Below are positions 24,168 to 33,065 of a stretch of 64,000 nt of DNA, piece by piece. The notes beneath the pieces are model-generated. The model was not told the origin of the DNA, made no database searches, and worked only from the letters and a program-made list of their open reading frames with translations. Source of the DNA: Azolla caroliniana. Its lineage: Eukaryota > Plantae > Polypodiophyta. A program made the translations under genes and the position numbers. The stretch's first letter is position 1. Every line of letters begins with the position of its first letter. The stretch lies in the NCBI GenBank assembly GCA_043228905.1, contig JBHGNT010000006.1, forward strand, positions 13,826,001 through 13,890,000, written 5' to 3'.

Positions 24168-26948
24168 TTACGGAGAATCACTACTATAACTAATATACAA
24201 TGACGATTCCTCCTCATCATCCTCGAATGTACCTATCACTGCATTATCTTCGTCATAAACCAAATGGTTTGACTCTAGATTATATGTAGTAGATCTTGTT
24301 TGCCTTTGACTCGAGCCACCTTGTAGACCTGGTAATTTTTCTTTTATTATATCTATTGTTGACTTCCTTAATCGTCCGGCTTTTGTAAGTGTGAAGTCGT
24401 ACACGATGATATCCACATCGGAGATATCAAGGGTCGAGGTGTTACGAATGTTTCGCTTCCTCTTCCTACCTCCCCTTCTTGTTGGGCATTCAATCATCTC
24501 CAATGTATACTTACCTGTAAAAGCATTTGCACTTCTAGTGTTGTACCAATGAACATTTATAGACTTGATCGTGTTTTCTATTTCATGCATTAGCACTTCT
24601 AGAATTTTACCAACCCAAAATTGGTGGCCATGTGAGTTCTCATCAACCGGCGTTGTAATCAACATCCCCGCGGTGAGCTCTTGCAAATTTCCTTGCCATC
24701 TAGCTTCGGCTGCTTTGGTCATCCTTGGTCCCACATAAATGTCTCTTTGTTGTGGATGGACGAAGTTGTCATTAATCGCATTTACTAGTTGCTCCGGAGT
24801 TCTATTTACGCGATCATGTTGCAGCGACCATGTGAATGGCGTTTCCAAATTCCAATTATCAACAGATACACAATTGTCTATAATTTCTTTCTGATCACTA
24901 TAAAATACATCCCACCATGACGTGTCTTGTTGTGTGACATATTTCTTGGCGGCCTCAATATGCTTTCTTTTTTCTTCTAAGGCTTGGAGCCATGACCGTT
25001 TTTGTTCTGATACCAAGTCACTTTGCAACTGTCCTTTCTTCTCAATTGGCATTTGCTTAGCTCCATGGACAATTGTACTCGGCGTACAAAGTAATAACTG
25101 GCAACCACCTTCAGGTTCCCATGTTGTAGAAGATGAATATTGTTTAGCATACAAAAGTGTAGAACCACTTATTCCATTTTTCTTTATCATAAAAATGTGA
25201 TTGAAACTTATATTGTTTAATTGAGCAAGCACTTTAACATTCTCACCACCCCCATCTAATATATATCTCTTAAAGTCATATACCTCCGTCAAGTGTAACA
25301 CTTTTGGGCGTGGTGTATAAGCATCACAAATGACATCAAATAGTTTTGGTAAAGTGAAAGCATCAGGCCAAGACAACTGTCTGGAGAATGTGCTAAACAT
25401 CTGATCTATATGGTCATGTGTGTGGCCAACCAAAAAGAAATTGACTTTCACTTTCCTAAACAATTCTAGGTTGACCAACATACTTAGATAGCCAAATACA
25501 GTTGAATTTGTGTTCTCTCTAGCAGTATTGTCCAATTGAATGTATAGAATAGGGGGGAAAGGTTGGCCCCAAGACATCAAAACTCGGTGAATCACTGTAA
25601 CTGTTAGGTTAGGGTCATTGTGAACGTTGGGGTAAGTAATGAAGACGTGAGGTCGAACAGACCTATTATAAGCCAAGCATCCCACCAAGTGCATTTAAAC
25701 AAGGCACTCATCATTGACATCTTTGGGGAGCCTCCGCATATGCGGCAAGCATGTCTTCTTCTGGTCCATGCCATCTATCATTAAGCACATGTATTGTTCG
25801 GGCCTCTTCAAACACTTCTCTCTATGATGCATCGCCTTCTTTCGTTCTAAGGATTGTGCCTCACGATGCTCTTGTAGTAACTTCTTACTCGTATCCTTTT
25901 CCATTGATGTCTTTGCACCTTTAGCCAAACTTTTAAGATTTGCACAAATGGAGCAATACCCCATACGTACTTTACGAGGAATAATAACATTTGAAAACCG
26001 AGCTCTCCATAATCTTGTGAATTGGCTATAGATGATAGACTTATTACGTGAGCCCAGCATATCAGATCGATAGACATCATAAACTTCCCGACGTGTATAA
26101 TTATCAGAAAGATGCATCCTACCTGTAGTGGTCATTACTTCACAATTTAACTGAAAGTAAGTTTTCATCCAGCCAATAGCATGTCTTCCAATTGCACCTT
26201 TCATACTTGGAACCTCTTTACAATTGAGCATCTGATCCCCGCTAAGTAGACGTTGTTGTACTCTATGTAGCCGCATGTTACTAACACATAACGCAATTTT
26301 GAATGCAACTCTACATATCTGTTGCGCATGGAAGATATAATACTCGAATGATACTTTGATCCCCGTACATTTGTCAGATACTAGTTGCATATGTGGCCCG
26401 AGGTAAGTGTCTTGCTCATCACCGGTCATCGAAAAATAGTATCGCCTTAATTCTCGCAACTTTGATTTTCCAATCATAGACATACAACCACGGGAACAAC
26501 ATATTTTTTTGACATCAAATCCAATCTGTTTATCTGATGTCACCAAGCTAAATCTAGCTAGAAGAATTCTTCGTGGGATTCTTCTAATATGCATAGGGCT
26601 CCCAGATTTCTCTTCCTGCATAGAGGTTGGTGTAACCTTGTTACAGTCTAATTCTCTGTTGTGACCATCGCCAATGTTATTCAATGTTTCCTGGGCACTA
26701 CCTTCATTCTCGGTATCTTTATTAATATCGTATTCTTCAATAGAGAACTCTTCACATGTGTCATTATTTACGTTCCCTATAGATGAGCTGAGACAATATT
26801 CTTCGATAGAATATGGTGAGTCGGTCGACAGACAATATTCTTCAATCGAATATGGTGACTCTGTTGACAAACAATACTCTTTAGTAGAAAACGATGGGTC
26901 TGATGACAAACAATATTCTTCAATCGAGAACGGTGAATCTTCACTCAT
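24168..26948 (-). pseudogene. DDD-type transposase, Sola-like/DUF7869-type (926 codons with one internal TAA)
   Basis: The ORFs 25695-26948 and 24168-25694 are in frame and separated only by TAA at 25695-25697, which is CAA in copy 2. Motifs are MIDGMDQKK, IQLDNTARENTN and VGHTHDHIDQMFS, with a Cys-rich N-terminal region (CCSRGC, ICRVAF, YCSIC). Confidence 0.82.
26730..26940 (-). repeat. 39-bp (13-aa) coding tandem repeat at the transposase N-terminus
   Basis: (SP[FY]SIEEYCLS[ST][DE]) x4 plus a degenerate fifth copy. Confidence 0.9.
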
Positions 26949-27782
26949 GGCTTAAGGTCTAGATAGGGCTCTCTTAGTTATGTGCTTAGGGTAAGGAAAA
27001 AAACTAATAAGCTCCTCTCTAAACATATACTCCTCTCTAAACATAAACTTCTCTCTAAACAAAAGCCAAATCAATAGAATGTCTATATTATGTAATATTC
27101 TATTAATACAATACATCAAAAAATTATTTTTAATAAAGTAATTGTACTTAAAATATCAATTATTATATAAACTAGATCTATATGAAGTTAAATCAAGTAA
27201 AATATAAAACTAATCATTAACAAGCCATGAATATGTTGGATTAATGTTAAAATCATTGGCTAATTAATGGCACCCATTTTGATATAGAAGGTCTCACTCA
27301 TTGGTTCTTTAATGCTCACCATTTTAAATATTAGACTTATCAATCATTGGTTAATTCATGGCAACATCTTTAATACATAGCATTTGAGAGTCATAAAAAT
27401 TGTTGGTTTTAGTAATCAATCATTGGTACATTCATGAACCTCTATCATTGTCTCCTTCATAACCTTTGAAGTCATTGCAGGTTGTTATGACTATAAAAGA
27501 TTGATCAATATGTTAGTTTGACTTTGTAATCATTAATACAATCATAAGTTACTCTAGTTAATGTGACTATGGTTACCAACTAACTATCCTCAAAGTTACC
27601 AACCTTGGTTAAGGTGACTATGGTTACTTTAACCAATGTGGTCAATCCCTATAAATAGGAAGACCTCGTCATATTTCACTCACAAGAGCGTACAGAGCAC
27701 ACAGAACGTAGAGAGCACACAAAGCACACAGAGCACAAAGCACCAAAGCGCGATCTCCGCCTCCACTTCCACACGATCAACC
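26949..27782. promoter_or_regulatory. Putative bidirectional promoter between the transposase and ParB-MTase genes
   Basis: AT-rich region with CTATAAATAG at about 27649 upstream of a GAGCACAC-repeat 5'UTR. Four TCATTGG (reverse CCAAT) motifs at about 27250-27426, GTGACTATGGTTAC x2 and CTCTCTAAACA x3. Confidence 0.55.
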
Positions 27783-30700
27783 ATGTCTTCAAAGAGAATC
27801 GAGCACGAGGACTGCAGGTAGGCCTCTGACACTGTGGACATTTGTGTAAATATGTTTCGTTGCTCAAGAACTCGATACGGCGTATCGAGTTCCTGTTTAA
27901 AACCTACACTTTAAACACGAACTCGATACGGCGTATCGAGTTCATGTTTAAAACCTAAACATTAAACAGGAACTCGATACACCGTATCGAGTTCGTGTTT
28001 AAATTCCAAACTTTAAACGGGAACTCGATACGGCGTATCGAGTTCATGTTTAAAACCTAAACTTTAAACAGGAACTCGATACGGCGTATCGAGTTCTTGT
28101 TTAAAATCCAAACTTTAAACACGAACTCGATACGCCGTATCGAGTTCGTGTTTAAAGTGTAGGTTTTAAACAGGAACTCGAAACGGCGTATCGAGTTCGT
28201 GTTTAAAGTTTAGGTTTTAAAGACGAACTCGATACCTCGTATTGAGTTCCTGTTTAAAAAGCAAGAAAGCTGAGGAACTCGATACGGCGTACCGAGTTCC
28301 CGTTTAAAGTTTAGGATTTAAACAGGAACTCGATACGCCGTATCGAGTTCCTGTATAAAAGAAGGCTCTGAGAGAGAAAAATTGTGTTTTTGGGGTAACA
28401 AATAATTATGCTGTGGAAAAGATATCAAATTGTCTGGCAAAATCAGTTTTTTTTATGTTGACTTTCCTTACTTTTAAAAAAAAACATGCTCTAATTATAG
28501 GTGTTTTATGACCTACTTTAGCTTAAAATAGTAGAAAATGATCCACAAATTGCCTTTACGATAGCAAATTCTCCTCAATATAGGTTTGGAATCTATATAA
28601 GTCATACCTACTATTTAAAAGAATATATAACCCTGTTTACTTATTATGATATATATTTTCTAGGTTGAATAGCCCTGCCTATAATAGATTTTTGAATATA
28701 GGACTGCTAGTGAGAACTGTTCTTCATGTTAATATACAACCTTAATCTATGTGACCACCTAACTTATGTTTTTGCATATACTTTCTTAAATAGGTCGTTT
28801 GAGAACCTGTCGGACCGACCCGTGAAGAAAATAAAGCTTCGCATACAAGGTTCTCCAATCGAAGCCCAGGCCAAGGTAGCTCCTGAGACCATGAAGAGAG
28901 GAAAAAAGTTTCTCTTTAACGAAGAGACAAAATCTCAGCCACATAGTGATGTTAGCCAAAAGAAACTTGTCGCCGCTACTGGAGGTGAAGACCTTCCTGG
29001 CCGAGATCTAACGGACAAGGAATGGTGTATGCAATATGTCGACTCAAAGAAAAAAGTCGTATTGTATACAGCAAAGAAGAAGGGTGAGGGGAAGCTAGGA
29101 AAGGAAACCCCATTTATGTATGGCCGTATTCTACGATTTGACTACGAAGATGCAGATTCGGCCAACATACTGGTAATGATAGAGTGCTCCAAGGGGGTAC
29201 GTAAAGTGTTCCTTTCAGAAGACCTTTTAGTAAAGGAATCTTGTGGGCCAGAAGCGTTCAAAAAAAATCTTGAAAGCTCACAAAACCTTATTGTTACCTT
29301 GAGGCCTTATATAGAAGGCCATGTAACTCTAAGAGATGAAGTGCCCTCCCCATTGAAGGCCACAAAAAGGGTATCCAAAGTCCAGTCAAGACCACCAAAG
29401 AAGAAGACAACCAAAATGTCGGATACGGATTCAACAAGTGAAAACGAAGAGGAGGATAATAAGGGGACGCCAGGAGCTGAGCTAGCCTCGGGTGTTTTGT
29501 CATCCGAGCAGAATAAGATAAGGAGAGAGTTAATGCAACGGAAACTGGTCAGGAAAGGGCAAGTGTTTAATTTGCCTATAACACACATCCATCGGCCCCC
29601 TATTGATGAAAAAACAGGTCGACGACCACTTGAGATTAGAGAGCCACACCGCATGCATGTTCAAAATCTCAAGAAAAAAATGAAAATTAATCCTCATGCC
29701 ACTGTGGTGCCTTTTATTGTTATGGTAGATCCTGAAGAATGTGAAACCATTGAAGATTTTGATATTAGAGAGCATGATCAATATAATTATTTTGTCATTG
29801 GTGGATCGCATTCAGCAGAGGCACGTCGGCAACTTGTGAGAGAACATCCAACAACTTTCTTCTTCAAGTATGCCGAGTGCAAAATTTATGTTGGGCTCAC
29901 AACCGAAGAGGCTAAGCTGTTGGCATGGGACCATAATAATGATAATGACTATAGGCAGAAAATGTCGTCCATTGAGCGTATACGGTTCTTCCACCACGAG
30001 TATTTAGACGTGAAACAAAAGTTTGGTGTGAAGTTACATCCAGGCCTTCGACGTCAATGTCTGCATGAAGTCGGCATTGTGGTAGATGATAATGTTAGGT
30101 CCGATGGTCTTCGAAAGTATGAGTCTTGGTTTCAATTGGCGTTTAGAGATGGAGAAGTATGGGACCTACAAGATCAAATCTTCTCAATGTGGGAGAATAA
30201 GGAGGTAAAGGGTCAACGACAAAAGAAATGTAGGGTTGACCCTCAACTAGAGTTAAAGTCACAAGCCGCCAAGAAAATTGACTTGACAATTGAAGAAGCG
30301 GCAGACGACATGAAGCTGTCTCTATGGAGAGCGATGCAAGGTATTAAGGACGAGCAGCTTCTTGTGTCGGTTTTGTCAAGGGTTGTGGCGAAAGATTTAA
30401 GCCTTGAAGAAATGGTCACTGAGTTCAATAAGTAAGTCCCTCAAATACTGAAATTGTAGTCTATCTAGTGTAATTCAAAGTTCTAATCTTGATTTCTAAT
30501 TTTACAGTCATAAGGTGTACATGAAGATCCAAGAAGTTATGATGAAACAACTTGGATGTATAACTTGGGAACAAGTGACCGAGGATTATCCTCTAACGTC
30601 TTCGTATAAGGCGTTATCAGAGTATTTTATTGCATTCAAGGATTGGGTTAGTATTCATGGTTTTTCATTACCCTTTCATCATATGTAGAGCTTGTATAAT

Positions 30701-32019
30701 AATACCTGATGTCCTATTGCTTCCATTAGAAACCGTGTCGAGGCAAGAAACAAGGAGAAGTTAAGGATATACACGATTTCCCTACATCCTTCCTTGCACA
30801 TCTCGAGCGAGCCAGAAAAGAAAAGGATCGTCGCTTAGTCAAGGCGTACAAAATGGAGGAAGATGGCTCCTTTAAAAAATTTAGCCACAAAAAAGATATT
30901 ACGAGAGATCTTTACTACAATGTGGTTTGCGGTGATGTCATCGACTTGATCCAGAAGGTGCCAAAGAAGGAATATACGCTAATGATTGCGGATATTCCTT
31001 ACGGATTTCGAATGGCTGGGTCATCATACGACGATGAACCGTTTAGGTTTAAACAATTGGAGAAGATGGTCAAGAATTTCGCTGAGCTAACGACCACATC
31101 CTTGTGGCGAATAGTTGTCTTTCATAGTATGGACCAAGGGTACTCGGTAGCTCAAGCTTTGAGATCTCGTTGCCATGGCATCGAGAACCTTGCATGGTAA
31201 GGATTATTTATAGGTGTCTTTCACTATATTGCACTTCTTAAGGTTGTTGAATCTATTCTTAACTCGATGTATTATTTTTTATAGGATCAAGACCAATGTA
31301 AATAGAGGGCCAACTTTTCGGTTCGTTAATGCCATTGAATACATAACGGTTGGCTACTTCGATGAAATTAAGAAACAGAGAATCAAAGAGCATTCTAATG
31401 AAGTGGGAGGTTCAAATCTGTTGGTATATCCAGTAGTGACACGGAAATTGCGACATGTCACCACGACAGAATGGGGACTTGTCAACCCATACCAAAAATC
31501 TCAACGACTTATGATGCGCTTGATCGAGATGTTTTCTGTCGAAGGAGACTGGATATTAGATCTCTTTTCTGGCACAGGTATTCCTCGAACTAGGGTAACG
31601 ATCTTGAGATAACCAATCCCTTTTTTTTCGTTTGACAACTAAATCTTCTTGTTACTTACATCAGAGGAACTACGTCAGCATGTGCATTGAAGCTGTTTAG
31701 AAATACAGTTGCATTGGAGAAGGACAAGGACCAAGTTATATTTATTAATATGCGGATTAAGGCTTTGTGGGAGTGCCCAGACTAGGATGAGGAGGTCGGT
31801 GCAAAGAACCTCGCCAATACAGAAAGGTTTCAACCTGCTTCGCGAGAGCCTATTCCTCCGTTAGCCGGCGAACCGGGGGAGCTAATAGAGCTTGATGATG
31901 AGCTTATAGAAGATATTTTGTTGGCTCGGCTAACAGGGGAAACCAATGCACGTATAGCCGAAGACAGTTCTACACAAGATGATGAAGAAAATGACGTTGA
32001 TGAGTTGATTGCTATGTAA
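27783..32019 (+). CDS. ParB/Srx-like domain fused to a beta-class N6-adenine/N4-cytosine DNA methyltransferase; six exons (27783-27817, 28794-30431, 30508-30646, 30730-31196, 31285-31577, 31667-32019)
   Basis: GT-AG introns with compatible phases join into 2925 nt (974 aa read through an in-frame TAG at 31783-31785; 896 aa to that stop). ParB-like region LPITHI...PFIV...YFVIGGSHSAEA...EAKLLAWDHN...MSSIE. MTase motifs GDVIDLI, IADIPYG, W-IKTN, EYI, PYQKS..LM.RLIE and GDWILDLFSGTGTTSACALKLFRNTVALEKD. The last acceptor (GAG) and exon 1 are less certain. Confidence 0.85.
27868..28350. repeat. Array of ten 25-bp palindromes (GAACTCGATACG-N-CGTATCGAGTTC) at 51-bp period in intron 1
   Basis: Units start at 27868, 27919, 27970, 28021, 28072, 28123, 28174, 28225, 28275 and 28326. 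The spacers are TTTAAA-bounded. Confidence 0.97.
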
Positions 32020-33029
32020 TAGACTCTATGAAGAATATGACACTAACGATTTGTTAAGATTTCACATTATTAATACAAATATTTGGTTTTACCTAGTGGA
32101 TTCTATTCTTTATAATCTTCTATATGTTTCAATTTTATTTTTATATACTTGATTAGTAGATTTATGACATTGGTTTCACCGCGTGCATAGCTGACTACCA
32201 AACTTATGGAGAAACATGAACTAGTTTAAATGGAGGCTGATTTTGGTCCAAGCTAACCTTAACAGAACATGGCCCTATAATTGTTGCCATGACTGTCCAT
32301 GTTGTTATTATGGATCTTTGTCTTCTATTGTTAAAACTATTATGTTTCTATTCCATTGCTGCTTAGATTGTGTAGTGTGTTGATAATGGTTCTAGTTGCG
32401 TTATCGTTCGGAGTTTGATCTTGTGTGAATCACCTAAGCAATAGAGTAGATCAATTTTAAATACAGGTATGAAAGCCCAATAGGTTTGTTATTTCCACGA
32501 CATTATCCTAAAGTTCACTGCCTTACATTGTCCACAATTATAAACATATGGTTTGATCCCATATGAACAAACTGAGGAATAGATTAGATCAACTTTAAAT
32601 ACAAGTGTTGAATACTTTAATAAGTTAGTTATTCCAATCACTTATCCTAATGTGCACTATCCTACATTTTCCACAATTACATACATGCATGTATGGGTCA
32701 AAGTATAAATTATATCTCATTTTATTAGTATGGATACAAGTACACCTCATATTTTTGTAAAACTTACCTAATTAATATAAGTCTTTAAGTTAGTGTTTCC
32801 CTTGTCGCACAGTAGTGACATATTGAGCCATAGTTGAACTTTATTATGCCTACATTAACTTATCAACATGTCTAAACTTGCATGATTTCTAATGATCTCC
32901 ACTCGTAGATCTATCATGTATTTTTATATTTGCAAATTCTCATCAAGTTGAGGAACATGTGATACTACTGCATCCAATTTTTGTAGAGAGGGTGTATTTG
33001 CTTCGTTTTAAGAAGATTCTACAAGTGGA

Positions 33030-33065
33030 ATGCGCAATCCTTCCACTTGTGAACGCGAAAGTGTT
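33030..33065 (-). repeat. Right terminal inverted repeat
   Basis: The reverse complement reads AACACTTTCGCGTTCACAAGTGGAAGGATTGCGCAT. Confidence 0.93.

Larger units (their letters stand above)
23810..33065. mobile_element. 9,256-bp TIR DNA transposon (Sola-like/DUF7869-type transposase) carrying a ParB-methyltransferase gene
   Basis: 36-bp TIRs matching at 33/36 positions. 4-bp TSD TTCA at 23806-23809 and 33066-33069. Excision restores the host ORF (LDDFGE|SQEELF). A second copy begins with the same terminus at 61801. Confidence 0.93.

Noticed and set aside
25392-25427. HUH endonuclease (Helitron/Replitron) from the HTH/HDH residues
   Set aside because: The context (LDN..EN.N...GHTHDHID) together with TIRs and a TSD fits a DDD transposase, and no helicase is evident.
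27868-28350. CRISPR array (25-bp palindromic repeats with 26-bp spacers)
   Set aside because: The spacers are near-copies or reverse complements of one another rather than unique. There are no cas genes, and the array lies in a spliceosomal intron of a eukaryotic element.
28726-28793. ORF-track start MLIYNLNL... as the real N-terminus
   Set aside because: This is an AT-rich intron end with an acceptor at 28792-28793. Exon 1 at 27783 splices in phase and follows a TATA box.
27783-32019. Bacterial or phage contamination explaining the MTase
   Set aside because: The gene has multiple in-phase GT-AG introns and is embedded in plant retrotransposons with a TSD.
23812-33063. CACTA/Transib-type element with CAC...GTG termini
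   Set aside because: Those boundaries give no TSD. AACAC...GTGTT gives a 4-bp TSD, restores the host frame and matches the start of copy 2.
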